DNA of 64,000 nucleotides from an uncultured Chloroflexia bacterium (lineage in GTDB: Bacteria; Chloroflexota; Anaerolineae; JAAEKA01): NCBI GenBank assembly GCA_963709505.1, contig CAVPXC010000010.1, forward strand, positions 1 through 64,000, written 5' to 3'. Below are positions 1 through 9,597 of the stretch, piece after piece. The position numbers and the translations under genes were made by a program. The notes beneath the pieces are model-generated. The model did no database searches, was not told where the DNA came from, and worked only from the letters and a program-made list of their open reading frames with translations. Within the stretch, counting starts at the first letter, position 1. Each line of letters opens with the position of its first letter.

Positions 1-80
1 CCTTTGTTCAAAGTGTGCCAGAGTCATTCTGGCTGTCAGACATTAACAATTGTCAATTGTCAATTGTCAATTGACAATTG

Positions 81-710
81 TTAATGATCGAGCGTATCGG
101 CAGCGCAGCGTATCATCAGTGTTGATGATGTTGCGCCGGGATCTTGATGGCCGATGCTGCGTTCGCCCAGGTAGCTGGCGCGGCCTTTTGTCGCCAGCAT
201 GGGAATCGTCGCCTTCATGCCCTGTTCGGCGGCGGCGGCTCCGGCTTCCAGGATCTCGTGCAGGCTGGCGCCGCCGTCTACCTTGCTGCGCATGGCCTGG
301 CATGCGGGGGTCAAGGCATCAACCATCGTCTTTTCACCGGTGGTCGCCTTGCCGCGTTGCTGAACGCCGGCCAGGCCGGCCTCGAAGGCCGCCACCAGAT
401 CAGCGTCAGCCAACTCGCTTTTGCCGTCGACCGTCATGCCGGCGCGCATGAAAAACGTACCGTAGAGCGGCCCGCCGGCCCCGCCCACTGTCGAGACGAG
501 GGTCATCCCTGCCGTCTTGAGGATCGTGCCAATGTCCTTGTCGGCGACCGTCGGCAGCTTCTCGACGACAGCGGCAAACCCGCGGTCCATGTTAGCGCCG
601 TGGTCGGCGTCGCCAATGGCCGAGTCCAGCCTGGTCAGGTAGTCTTTGTTCTCTGCAAGCACCTGGCGATAGCAGCGTAGCCAGGACAGGATTGCGTCTC
701 GTGTGATCAC
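81..710 (-). CDS. dhaL: dihydroxyacetone kinase, ADP-binding subunit DhaL
   Basis: 209 aa ORF with a typical DhaL helical domain (LTRLDSAIGDADHGANM motif), immediately downstream of dhaK in the same orientation. Confidence 0.8.
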   Translation of the reverse strand: MITRDAILSWLRCYRQVLAENKDYLTRLDSAIGDADHGANMDRGFAAVVEKLPTVADKDIGTILKTAGMTLVSTVGGAGGPLYGTFFMRAGMTVDGKSELADADLVAAFEAGLAGVQQRGKATTGEKTMVDALTPACQAMRSKVDGGASLHEILEAGAAAAEQGMKATIPMLATKGRASYLGERSIGHQDPGATSSTLMIRCAADTLDH

Positions 711-764
711 TGGTTGCCTCTTTAATTGTCAATTGACAATTGTCAATTGACAATTGTCAATTAC

Positions 765-1766
765 TCAGATGCCCCAGCGCAAGCCAGGCGTCTTCACCGG
801 CGCATCCCACAGGCTGAGCAGGTCGTCGTCGGCCTTGAGCAGGGTGATGGAGCAGCCAGCCATTTCGAGGGAGGTGATGTAGTTGCCGACCAGGCAGCGC
901 ACGATGCTGACGCCGTGGGCCATGCAGATCTCGGCCAGCTTGCGGTAGACGATGTAGAGCTCGATCTGCGGCGTGCCGCCCATGCCGTTGACCATGGCAA
1001 TGACCCGGTCGCCCTTTTCGAAGGGCAAGTCCGCCAGGATGGGCAGGGTCAACATTTCGGTGATCTCGTCCGCGCTCTTCAGCTCCATGCGGGTGCGGCC
1101 AGGCTCGCCGTGGATGCCAACGCCAATCTCCATCTGGTCTTCGGGCAGGTCGAACGTCGGTTGGCCGGCGTGTGGCACGGTGCAGGAGGTGAGCGCCATG
1201 CCCATGCTGCGGCCCCAGCCGTTGACCTTGCGGCACAGATCGGCCACTTCCTGCAGGTTGCGGCCTTGCTCGGCGGCCGCTCCGCAGATCTTTTCGGCCA
1301 ACACCGTGGTGCCTACACCGCGGCGTCCGGCCGTCCAGGTGCTGTTCTGCACGGCAACGTCGTCGTCGATCACGACCGCGACCACGTCGATGCCCTCGGC
1401 CATGGCCATATCGGCCGCCATCTCGAAGTTCATCACGTCGCCGGTGTAGTTCTTGACGATATGCAGCACGCCCGCGCCGCCGTTGACGGCCTTGGTGGCC
1501 TCCAGCATCTGGTCAGGCGTCGGCGACGTGAAGACGGCGCCGGGGCAGGCGCCGTCGAGCATGCCCATACCGACAAAGCCGCCGTGCATCGGCTCATGGC
1601 CGCTGCCGCCGCCGGAGATCACGGCCACCTTGCCCTGCACCGGCGCATCTGCGCGCACGACGTAGGCGGGGTCGAAATGGACGCGAACCAGGTCCCCGTG
1701 AGCCAGGGCGATGCCCATCAGCTCTTCTTTGACGACATCGGCAGGATTGTTGATCAGTTTTTTCAT
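765..1766 (-). CDS. dhaK: dihydroxyacetone kinase, DhaK subunit
   Basis: 333 aa with the DhaK signature (GGGSGHEP, active-site His region), co-oriented with glpF and dhaL. Confidence 0.85.
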   Translation of the reverse strand: MKKLINNPADVVKEELMGIALAHGDLVRVHFDPAYVVRADAPVQGKVAVISGGGSGHEPMHGGFVGMGMLDGACPGAVFTSPTPDQMLEATKAVNGGAGVLHIVKNYTGDVMNFEMAADMAMAEGIDVVAVVIDDDVAVQNSTWTAGRRGVGTTVLAEKICGAAAEQGRNLQEVADLCRKVNGWGRSMGMALTSCTVPHAGQPTFDLPEDQMEIGVGIHGEPGRTRMELKSADEITEMLTLPILADLPFEKGDRVIAMVNGMGGTPQIELYIVYRKLAEICMAHGVSIVRCLVGNYITSLEMAGCSITLLKADDDLLSLWDAPVKTPGLRWGI

Positions 1767-1854
1767 GACATTCTCTCCAGACTTAACATTACGACCTGTT
1801 AAAGACAGATAGCAGCCCCAGCCAAAACGCTGGGGCTGCTCAAGACTAGTGCTA

Positions 1855-2565
1855 TTACGCAGCGGGAATTACGGCTCCGGCCAACAGTGCGGCGATTACG
1901 GCGCCGATGATGGGGCCGACTACCGGGATCCAGGAGTAACCCCAGTCGCTGCTGCCTTTACCCGGGATGGGCAGGATGGCATGCGCGATGCGGGGGCTGA
2001 GGTCACGGGCCGGGTTGATGGCATAGCCCGTGGTACCGCCTAGGGCCAAGCCGATCACCAACACGGCCAGCGCTACGGTGTAAGGGCCGGGCAGGGACCA
2101 AACGGCGGGGATCGCCAGGATGGCGAACATCAGCACAAAGGTGCCGATGATTTCAGAGATCAGGTTCATGAGCGTGTTGCGGATGGCCGGGCCGGTGGAG
2201 AAGACAGCCAGCTTGAGGCCGGGGTCTGAGGTTGCCGCCCAGTGAGGCTGATAGTGCAGCCAAACCAGGACAGCGCCGAGGAACGCGCCGACGAACTCGC
2301 CGACCAGGTAATAGGGAACTTCCGCCAAAGGCGTCTTGCCGGCGACGAGGAGACCAATCGTGACGGCGGGGTTCAGGTGTGCGCCGCTGCCCATTGCGAC
2401 AGCTGAGTATGCACCCACGAACACCGCAAAAGCCCATGCCGTGGTGATAACGATCCAGCCGGAGTTGTTGCCCTTGGTCTTGCCGAGCAACACGTTGGCG
2501 ACGACGCCGTCGCCCAACAGGATCAGCAACATCGTGCCGATAGTCTCGGCGATGAGAATCTGCAT
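1855..2565 (-). CDS. glpF: glycerol uptake facilitator (MIP/aquaporin family)
   Basis: 236 aa, six predicted TM helices, two NPA boxes (HLNPAVT and NPARD). Confidence 0.85.
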   Translation of the reverse strand: MQILIAETIGTMLLILLGDGVVANVLLGKTKGNNSGWIVITTAWAFAVFVGAYSAVAMGSGAHLNPAVTIGLLVAGKTPLAEVPYYLVGEFVGAFLGAVLVWLHYQPHWAATSDPGLKLAVFSTGPAIRNTLMNLISEIIGTFVLMFAILAIPAVWSLPGPYTVALAVLVIGLALGGTTGYAINPARDLSPRIAHAILPIPGKGSSDWGYSWIPVVGPIIGAVIAALLAGAVIPAA

Positions 2566-3113
2566 GTTCTATTCCTCCTTGAATAGATCGTCTTGCAAGC
2601 AAGAGGTGTTGAAATACGACAATGATGCGGTCGGACGTTAGATGAATGGGACGAAAGCGGTTGGGCGAGACACCTCCTTTCATTAGCCGCAAATGCCAAC
2701 GGCAACGAGTTACGTTCGCCGACGAGATGCCCGAAGAGCGAGAATGAAGAAGCAGTACTATTCGAAGTTGAAGAGCTGTCGCTGGGAAGGGGAGCGCCTG
2801 GTTGCCACCCAGGCGAGCGGCATGTACCATTCAACTTTGAATGAAGCCCGCTGCGATTATAGAACTTTACCACAAAGTTCACAAACTTGCAAATACAATC
2901 ACTGCGCAATTATGGCGCAAATTGATTGGCTTGTTTGCTTGTTTAGCACCGTGGCGTTGCTCGCTCAGAGCAGTGCGTGTTATCGTTCTCAGGTACGCAC
3001 ACCATTGCATTATACTCTGAAGTGCGCCGTCTGGACATGATTTAAATCATATTGTGCAAGGCAAAACAAACTTTCTTGGCATTTCTGCCGAAACTCGGCA
3101 TGGCTTCCCGGGG

Positions 3114-3512
3114 TTATTCGAAGCTGGGCATGAGCTTGATGGCGGCTTCCATCGTAGCGATGCCGGCTTGCGAGCCCTTCAGCGCATTGAGCAACGGCTG
3201 ACCCTGTTGTCTGACCTTCGGGCTGGTGCTCTCGCTGATGACGATGGTAGCGCCTTTGCGCAGCACAATGTCGTTGTCCGCCTGGGCAAGAGCCTGCAAC
3301 AGGGCCGGCATCGCTACATCGCCAACGTGGGCCAGCGTATGGGCAGCCGCGAAGCGCACGCCGTGGTCATTATCCCGCAAAGCCTCTACCAGCACATCGA
3401 TCCCTTGGGCTGACGGCGCCTCGCGCACGAAGTGAATGCCTTCCTCGCGCTCGGCCTCCGAAAGCCGGGTGTTCTGAATAACGGCAATAGCTTGTTCGGT
3501 GGTTTGAATCAT
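3114..3512 (-). CDS. HEAT-repeat (PBS-lyase-like) protein
   Basis: 132 aa with repeated DxxVRxxAAxALgxiG-like HEAT motifs; divergent from manC. Confidence 0.5.
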   Translation of the reverse strand: MIQTTEQAIAVIQNTRLSEAEREEGIHFVREAPSAQGIDVLVEALRDNDHGVRFAAAHTLAHVGDVAMPALLQALAQADNDIVLRKGATIVISESTSPKVRQQGQPLLNALKGSQAGIATMEAAIKLMPSFE

Positions 3513-3958
3513 GGGAGTGCCTTTCTGTGTGTCGCCTGTATGGGGTAAGCGGTCTGGAAACTGCTTGAAAAGGTTGCATCCATCTCACGCACCAGGTCCC
3601 GCAGTTCCGGACTTCGGGGCTGCCGCTGGTGTGCGCTGGACTTCTTGTGGCTTTGCGTAAGCTTCGTGAACTTTTTCTTGCACCGTATTATACCCAAGGC
3701 ACGGTGGGAAAGAAGAATCGCGCGTGCTCAGATGGAGTTACTTGGTAACAATCCAGGTCCAAAAACAGGGTACATTCAATTTCGGTGGCAGCAAACCCTT
3801 CGAATATCGGACCCTTCGGGTTTCCCTGGTCGAACCCGCTACTTGATAAAGTGCGACATCTGCTCGAACCGGCAACTGGGTTAAGGACGAGAAACCCGAA
3901 GGGTCTGCAAAACACCCTATTCTTGCTCGCATGTTCCTGTTGCGTTATACTAGCCTAC

Positions 3959-5071
3959 ATGAGCACGAACGATCGCCTCGTCATTGTCATCCTAGCCGGT
4001 GGCAGCGGTACCCGTCTGTGGCCGCGCAGCCGGCAGTCCCTCCCCAAGCAGTTCCTCGACCTGACCGGTCAGGGGACCATGCTGCAGGAAACCTTCCGTC
4101 GGTTGACGCCGCTTGTCCCGCCTGAGCGCATCCTGGTTATCACCAACGCGCACTACGTCGATCTGGCGTGCGAGCAGTTGCCCGAGCTGCCGGCCGGCCA
4201 TATCGTCGGCGAGCCGATGCCGCGCGGCACGGCGGCGGCCGTCGGCCTGGGCGCGATTCTGGCCAGACACGTGCAGCCTGGCGCCATCATGGCCTCCGTT
4301 CACGCCGACCACCTGATTCTCAAACCGGACCGCTTTCGCGATGCTTTGACCGCTGCCGCCGAAGTGGCCGAGCGCGGCTCGCTTGTCACCCTGGGCATTA
4401 ACCCATCTTTTGCCCACACCGGGCTGGGCTATGTGGAGCAAGGCGAAGCGCTGCCCTCGGTGAATGGACACCAGGTCTACCGGGTCGTTCGCTTCACCGA
4501 GAAGCCTGACTTCCCAACGGCCGAGCGTTTCGTCGCCGGAGGTAAACACAGCTGGAATTCCGGCCTGTTTGCCTGGCGAGTGGACCGCATCATAGAAGAA
4601 TTTGGCTTACACATGCCGGAGTTGTACGCTGGCCTCGAGCAGATTGCGGCTGCGCTGGGTACGTCCGCTCAGGAAGAAACTTTAACCCGGGTGTTCCCTA
4701 CCCTTCCGCACCAGACGATTGATTACGGCATCATGGAGATGGCCAAAGACATTGCCGTGCTGCCGGTGGACATCGGCTGGACCGATATCGGCAGCTGGGC
4801 GACGTTGCTGGAGGTGCTCGAGGCCGATAAGGCCGGCAACGTGGTGCGCGGGCCGATGGAAGCGGTCACGCTGGACACCACGAACTCCCTGATCTACACA
4901 TCCAAGCGCCTGATCACCACCATCGGCGTCGAGGATTTGATCATCGTCGACACCGAGGACGCATTGCTGGTCTGCCCAAGGGACCGGGCCGAAGGCGTGC
5001 GCCAGATTGTAGATTGGCTCAAGCAATCGGGCCTCAGTGACTACCTGGTCGATTTCACCCCCAAGGAATAA
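3959..5071 (+). CDS. manC: mannose-1-phosphate guanylyltransferase
   Basis: Conserved N-terminus MSTNDRLVIVILAGGSGTRLWPRSRQSLPKQFL after the internal Met. The 5' extension of the track ORF (3785) has no homology and overlaps a structured intergenic region. Confidence 0.8.
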   Translation: MSTNDRLVIVILAGGSGTRLWPRSRQSLPKQFLDLTGQGTMLQETFRRLTPLVPPERILVITNAHYVDLACEQLPELPAGHIVGEPMPRGTAAAVGLGAILARHVQPGAIMASVHADHLILKPDRFRDALTAAAEVAERGSLVTLGINPSFAHTGLGYVEQGEALPSVNGHQVYRVVRFTEKPDFPTAERFVAGGKHSWNSGLFAWRVDRIIEEFGLHMPELYAGLEQIAAALGTSAQEETLTRVFPTLPHQTIDYGIMEMAKDIAVLPVDIGWTDIGSWATLLEVLEADKAGNVVRGPMEAVTLDTTNSLIYTSKRLITTIGVEDLIIVDTEDALLVCPRDRAEGVRQIVDWLKQSGLSDYLVDFTPKE

Positions 5072-5096
5072 CTCTATCCAACTGTGCTGGGCGTCG

Positions 5097-5168
5097 TAGG
5101 GGCGGGCCTTGCGTCCGCCCGCGTGTGTTACGCGCGTCGCACGGGCGGACGCAAGGCCCGCCCCTACA
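5097..5168. repeat. REP doublet (inverted pair of GTAGGGGCGGGCCTTGCGTCCGCCC-type palindromic units)
   Basis: Two inverted copies of a ~25-nt imperfect palindrome. The same family recurs at 5399, 11597 and 46903. Confidence 0.7.
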
Positions 5169-5224
5169 AGAGATGTGAAACATCTTCGAGGTAATCCTCG
5201 ATTCTGTGTGGGGAGTGGTAGGTG

Positions 5225-5374
5225 GACGATGTTGGTCGGGTTGTCTCGATCAAGAAGCCAGTTCTCGGGGTTGGCGCGAATGTAGCGGCGGATAGCGTTC
5301 AGCTCACGGACATCTCGAACGATGTGCTCGTAATAGTTGCGCTGCCAGAACTTCGCCCGGCGCATACGCGACAT
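5225..5374 (-). pseudogene. REP-associated tyrosine transposase (RAYT/IS200-like) C-terminal remnant
   Basis: Only ~45 aa remain (FWQRNYYEHIVRDVRELNAIRRYIRANPENW). The HUH/Tyr catalytic N-terminal part is absent. Flanked by REP hairpins on both sides. The rest of the 230-aa track ORF is antisense to manC and has no homology. Confidence 0.65.
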
Positions 5375-5398
5375 AGAACATCCCCTCCTTTACGAGAC

Positions 5399-5425
5399 GT
5401 AGGGGCAGGTCTTGCACCTGCCCGC
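5399..5425. repeat. REP unit (GTAGGGGCAGGTCTTGCACCTGCCC)
   Basis: Imperfect palindrome of the same family as 5097-5168. Confidence 0.65.
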
Positions 5426-5483
5426 ACGGTAACCTCCGTGACACCTCACCCGCCGGGCAACCGCAAGGGTTGCTCCTACGGGA

Positions 5484-5804
5484 TCAGGACGCTGAGATTA
5501 GCTCGTTTTGTTCCTCAGCGCATTGAGGGCAGGTCTGTCCGTCCTTGAGCTCGATCATGTGCTTCGTGCACACGGCGAAAATCTCCATGCGTTCCGAGAA
5601 GAGCTTCTTACGGATCGTGCCCTCTAACGCCAAGTGGGCGCAATTGGTCTCGCGCAGGATGTCCGGTACCGGGCAACTGTCGCAGATACCGCGCTGCCAC
5701 CGCAGCGAGTCACGGCTCTTCGGCAGCCGGCATTCCAGTGTCTCGCGGCCGCGGTGATAGTCCTCGTAGTAGAATCGACAGTTGGGGCGGGGTTTTTCAG
5801 GCAT
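5484..5804 (-). CDS. hypothetical Cys-rich (zinc-ribbon-like) protein
   Basis: 106 aa with CDSCP ... CPQC pairs; no recognisable family; lies between REP and GTGGAG repeats. Confidence 0.4.
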   Translation of the reverse strand: MPEKPRPNCRFYYEDYHRGRETLECRLPKSRDSLRWQRGICDSCPVPDILRETNCAHLALEGTIRKKLFSERMEIFAVCTKHMIELKDGQTCPQCAEEQNELISAS

Positions 5805-5907
5805 GGTTGGGTTTGGTGGAGGGTGAAGGGTGGAGAGTGGAGAGTGAAGAGTGGAGAGAAAACGACGGACTGTGTTTACTGTTAACTGCCTACTGTCTAC
5901 TGCCCAC

Positions 5908-6831
5908 TCAACGTAAGACCAGAGCGATCCCTAGCAACGTCACCAGTGCGCCGGCGATTTCGTTGGACTGCGGGATCTCGCCGAGAAATACCACACCCAG
6001 CAGGATGCCCAGCGTGACCTCCTGCGTTGCGATCAGGTTCGCCGTGGTGGCATGAGTATGGCGCAGAGCGGCGTTGTAGAGCGTGTGACCGATGCCCAAA
6101 GGGATGACGCCGAGGGCGATGACCGCCAGGATCGGCACGAGCGTGTAGCCCTCAGGCGTAAAGTTGGCGACCGCTGTGGGCAGGGCCCACAGCGCAGCCA
6201 GAGCATAGACCGCCACGGCGTAGGTAAAGAGCGGATAGCGGGATCGCTGCCCGCGTCCGGCCACCGAGTACAGGCCGAAGGTGATCGCCGAGACCAATGC
6301 CAGGAGGTCGCCCAAGGCCATCGCACTGTTCCAACGCGGCTCGAAGCCGGCCAGGATGGCAACGCCCAGCACAGCGACTAGCACGCCGCCCCATTTGCGC
6401 CGGGGGATCGGCTCTTTCAGAAACCAGGCCGAGAACAGGGTGACGAAGATGGGCGCGGTGTAGACGATAGCCAGCGAGTGGGCAATGGTCGTGTAGCTGA
6501 GCGACGCGATATAGGTCAGAAAATGCAGCGCGGCGATCAGGCCAAAAACCAGGAAGAGGGGACCGCTCTGGCGGGAGAGCTTGAACGGTTCCTTGCGCAG
6601 CCGCATCAGCGCGAAGATAAAGAGTGCTGCCACCGCCAGCCGGCCGGCCGTCTTCTCGTAAGGGCTAAGCGGATCGGCCCAGCGCACCAATACCGGGCTG
6701 GTGGCAAAGAATAGCACTGCCAGCGCGGCTAGCCACGTCCCGCGCTGCTGCTCGTGCCTCGATCCGCCCGGTGCTTCGACCGCAGGGGTGCTCTCGCTGT
6801 CAGCTGTATTGCTTAAGCCATCGCCGCTCAA
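5908..6831 (-). CDS. EamA/DMT-family transporter
   Basis: 307 aa, ten predicted TM helices, duplicated EamA-like halves. Confidence 0.7.
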   Translation of the reverse strand: MSGDGLSNTADSESTPAVEAPGGSRHEQQRGTWLAALAVLFFATSPVLVRWADPLSPYEKTAGRLAVAALFIFALMRLRKEPFKLSRQSGPLFLVFGLIAALHFLTYIASLSYTTIAHSLAIVYTAPIFVTLFSAWFLKEPIPRRKWGGVLVAVLGVAILAGFEPRWNSAMALGDLLALVSAITFGLYSVAGRGQRSRYPLFTYAVAVYALAALWALPTAVANFTPEGYTLVPILAVIALGVIPLGIGHTLYNAALRHTHATTANLIATQEVTLGILLGVVFLGEIPQSNEIAGALVTLLGIALVLR

Positions 6832-7084
6832 GGCTTATGGAGCCGCAGGGGGCGGCGCAAACGCCACCGCCAGGCTGATCGCCATGCTCAGCACGATGAT
6901 AATGCTAATGATAAGGAAAACTGTTCTGCGCCAGTCGCGCCGATTTCGCCGTTGTGATGACCTTGCCATCGGAATTCAAGCCTCCATTTCCAAACTAGTC
7001 GGCCAAGATTATACCATATAGCGTAAGAGGCCGGCAACATCGGCGGCTGCACGGGTGCGAAATGCGCCGCGGCTGCGTCCTGTG

Positions 7085-7113
7085 TTGACCTGAACACGGT
7101 TGCCAGGTATAAT
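7085..7113 (+). promoter_or_regulatory. sigma70-type promoter (TTGACC-17-TATAAT) for nfeD-flotillin
   Basis: Exact TTGACC and TATAAT hexamers with a 17-nt spacer, ~75 nt upstream of the nfeD GTG start. Confidence 0.55.
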
Positions 7114-7188
7114 CAAGACAGATGACTGTCGCATCAGACCACTCCTTTTGGAGATCCGATTCGTTCAGCCTGAAAACAGGAGGCGATA

Positions 7189-7806
7189 GTGTCTGGCTTG
7201 CTCGATAACCTCAACGTAAGCGCTCTTAATTGCTTCTATTTTGGCATGCTGGCGGGTGGTCTTGTTTTTGCGTTGGGAACGTTACTGCTTAGCGGCCTGA
7301 GCGACGGTGGTGATGGTGGTGGGGATGGCGCTGACGCGGGCGGCGATGGCGGGAATGGAGGAGACGGAGGTGGCGACGGCGACGGGAGTGGCGGTGATCT
7401 CAAGATTTTCAGCCCCGTCACCTTGGCTACGTTCATGGCTGTCTTCGGCGCCCTGGGCCTGATTTGTACCGTGGGACTGGAACTGGACGCACGTCTGAGC
7501 CTGTTGATCGCCGGCCTGGTGGCAGCGGCCGTCAGCCTGGCGGTAGCTGTTCTTTATGGCCGCCTGCTGGTGGCCTTGCACGGCAGCACCAACATCCGCG
7601 AGGCGGACATGGTGGGCATCGAAGCCATGGTGACCACGCCAATCCCGGTCGATGGTCTCGGCACGGTGCTTTTCGAGATGAGCCAAGAGCGTATGAGCCG
7701 GCCGGCCCGTTCAGTCGACAACACCGCGATCGCGGGCGGTACAACCGTTGTGATCCAACAAGCATCCGGAGGCAACGTGCTCATCGTCCGGCCGCACCAA
7801 CCCTGA
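7189..7806 (+). CDS. NfeD-family membrane protein (flotillin-associated)
   Basis: N-terminal TM region, Gly/Asp-rich linker, C-terminal NfeD OB-fold-like domain; directly upstream of the SPFH/flotillin gene. RBS AGGAGG before the GTG start. Confidence 0.7.
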   Translation: MSGLLDNLNVSALNCFYFGMLAGGLVFALGTLLLSGLSDGGDGGGDGADAGGDGGNGGDGGGDGDGSGGDLKIFSPVTLATFMAVFGALGLICTVGLELDARLSLLIAGLVAAAVSLAVAVLYGRLLVALHGSTNIREADMVGIEAMVTTPIPVDGLGTVLFEMSQERMSRPARSVDNTAIAGGTTVVIQQASGGNVLIVRPHQP

Positions 7807-7861
7807 ATTCTGATCGCTCGGATCCCTGAGGTAAGCCCGGCTATCCTGGCAAGGAGATCTA

Positions 7862-9340
7862 TTGATGAACAACTACATTTTGCTTGCCTGCATCCCCATC
7901 GCCTTGGTCGTCGTATTTCTGGCGTTCGGGGTCGTCTTTTCCAACCGATATCGCAAGGTCGGCCCGAACGAGGTGTTGGTGATCTCGGGTGGCCGGAGAA
8001 AAAAGGATGGCCAGGCCTACCGCATCGTGCGCGGCGGCGGCACGTTTGTTTGGCCGGCCATCGAGCGCATCGACTCGCTGTTGATGGAGGTCATGACCAT
8101 CGACGTCGTGACGCACCGCGTGTATACAAGCGAGGGTGTGCCGGTCACTGTGGATGGCGTGGCGCAGGTTTCGATCGACCCGAGCGACACGGCTATTCGC
8201 ACCGCAGCCCAGCTCTTCCTCTCTAAGGCCGAAGATGAAATCCGCAACGTGGCCTTGCAGACTTTGGAAGGCCACCTGCGCGCCATTCTTGGCACCATGA
8301 CCGTCGAGGATATCTATCGCGACCGCGACGCCTTTGCCCAGCAGGTGCAGCAGGTATCGTCGGGCGACATGGCCGCGATGGGGCTGCGCATCATCTCTTT
8401 CACCATCAAGGATATCCAGGACGATCAAGGCTACCTGGATGCTTTGGGCCAGAAGCGTACCGCCGAGGTCAAGCGCGACGCGGCCATTGGCCAGGCCGAG
8501 GCCGCGCGCGATGCTACCATCAAGAGCGCGCAGGCTCGCCAGGAGGGCGAGACAGCCAAATTCCTGGCCGAAACACGTATCGCCGAGTCGCAGAAGAACT
8601 ACGCCGTGCAGAAGGCGGCGTACGATCTGGAAACCAACATGCGGCGCGCGGAAGCCGACCTTTCCTACAAGCTTCAGGAGACCAAGACCAACCAGCTTGT
8701 GAAGGAGCAGGAGATCCAAATCGAGGTGGTAGCCAAGCAGAAGCAGATCGAGGTACAGCAGCAGGAGGCCTTGCGTAAGGAGAAGGAGCTGGAGGCCACG
8801 GTGCGCAAGCCGGCCAATTCCGAGCGCTACCGCATCGAAACCTTGGCCGACGCAGAGAAGTTCAAGCGACTGGCCGAGGCGCAGGGTCTGTCGGCGGCCA
8901 CGCAGGCCATCGGCGAGGGCGACGCTGCGGCCATCAAGGTCAAGGGCCTGGCTGAGGCGCAGATCACCCAGGCCAAGGGACTGGCCGGGGCCGAGGTGGT
9001 TCAGGCGACCGGTTTTGCCGAAGCGCAGGCCATGGAGAAGAAGGCCGCCGCCTGGAAGAACTACAACCAGGCGGCCATCATCCAGCAGCTCATCGAGGCC
9101 CTGCCGCAGGTCGCTACCGCCATCGCCATGCCGCTGTCTCAAACCGATCGGATCGTCGTCATCAGCAGCGGTGGCGACGGTCAAACGGGTGCAGGCGCCT
9201 CAAAAATCACAGCCGACATCGCCAACATCGTCGCTCAGGTGCCGGCCACCGTCGAGGCGCTGACCGGAATCGATCTGATCAACGCGCTGCGCCAGCTTCC
9301 CGGCATCGGCGACACCGACGGCGAAGCTCAGAAAAGCTAG
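7862..9340 (+). CDS. flotillin (SPFH/band-7 family, FloT/YqiK-like)
   Basis: 492 aa: N-terminal TM, SPFH domain, long Ala/Glu/Gln-rich coiled-coil, C-terminal flotillin tail. Confidence 0.85.
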   Translation: MMNNYILLACIPIALVVVFLAFGVVFSNRYRKVGPNEVLVISGGRRKKDGQAYRIVRGGGTFVWPAIERIDSLLMEVMTIDVVTHRVYTSEGVPVTVDGVAQVSIDPSDTAIRTAAQLFLSKAEDEIRNVALQTLEGHLRAILGTMTVEDIYRDRDAFAQQVQQVSSGDMAAMGLRIISFTIKDIQDDQGYLDALGQKRTAEVKRDAAIGQAEAARDATIKSAQARQEGETAKFLAETRIAESQKNYAVQKAAYDLETNMRRAEADLSYKLQETKTNQLVKEQEIQIEVVAKQKQIEVQQQEALRKEKELEATVRKPANSERYRIETLADAEKFKRLAEAQGLSAATQAIGEGDAAAIKVKGLAEAQITQAKGLAGAEVVQATGFAEAQAMEKKAAAWKNYNQAAIIQQLIEALPQVATAIAMPLSQTDRIVVISSGGDGQTGAGASKITADIANIVAQVPATVEALTGIDLINALRQLPGIGDTDGEAQKS

Positions 9341-9377
9341 GCTAACCTTGCCGGCTCGCAGGTACCACTTCGACCTT

Positions 9378-9417
9378 CGAGGTCTTCTGAGACCTCGAAG
9401 GTCTGCTTTTTGGGGCG
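9378..9417 (+). terminator. rho-independent terminator after flotillin
   Basis: GACCTTCGAGGTC-loop-GACCTCGAAGGTC perfect stem followed by a TGCTTTTTGGGG U-tract. Confidence 0.7.
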
Positions 9418-9548
9418 CGTCATCCTTGCGCAAACCGCCCGATGGGTTCCCGCTTGCGTGGGAACGACGAGGTGAGGCTTTCGCGGGAATGATGGTATGC
9501 GCGGGGTGATGGGCGGAACAGTTCCTTTGCGTTTTTCGGATCGGTGGA

Positions 9549-9572
9549 TATAATCGTATGGAACTTACGTTC
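9549..9572 (+). promoter_or_regulatory. -10 box TATAAT followed by a Cheo-box-like LexA site GAAC-N4-GTTC
   Basis: TATAAT at ~9549-9554 and GAACTTACGTTC at ~9561-9572, immediately upstream of imuA. The track ORF start at 9544 would overlap this promoter, so the true start is probably downstream. Confidence 0.55.
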
Positions 9573-9597
9573 TATTCCTTTCTTTCAGGAACTCCTC

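Noticed and set aside
726-1802. 358-aa plus-strand ORF (and 144-680, 973-1449) overlapping dhaK/dhaL
   Set aside because: Antisense to genes with clear homology; His/Arg/Gly-rich low-complexity translation typical of high-GC antisense frames; begins inside a CAATTG repeat (MSIDNCQLTIVN).
2566-3113. Riboswitch or sRNA in the long glpF upstream region; also the 5' UTR of the BMP substrate-binding-protein operon (21949-22150)
   Set aside because: No recognisable riboswitch consensus could be identified by eye; only generic promoter-like AT-richer sequence. Needs covariance-model scanning.
7859-9184. 441-aa minus-strand ORF opposite the flotillin gene
   Set aside because: Leu/Arg/Gly-rich shadow ORF of the flotillin coiled-coil region; no homology.
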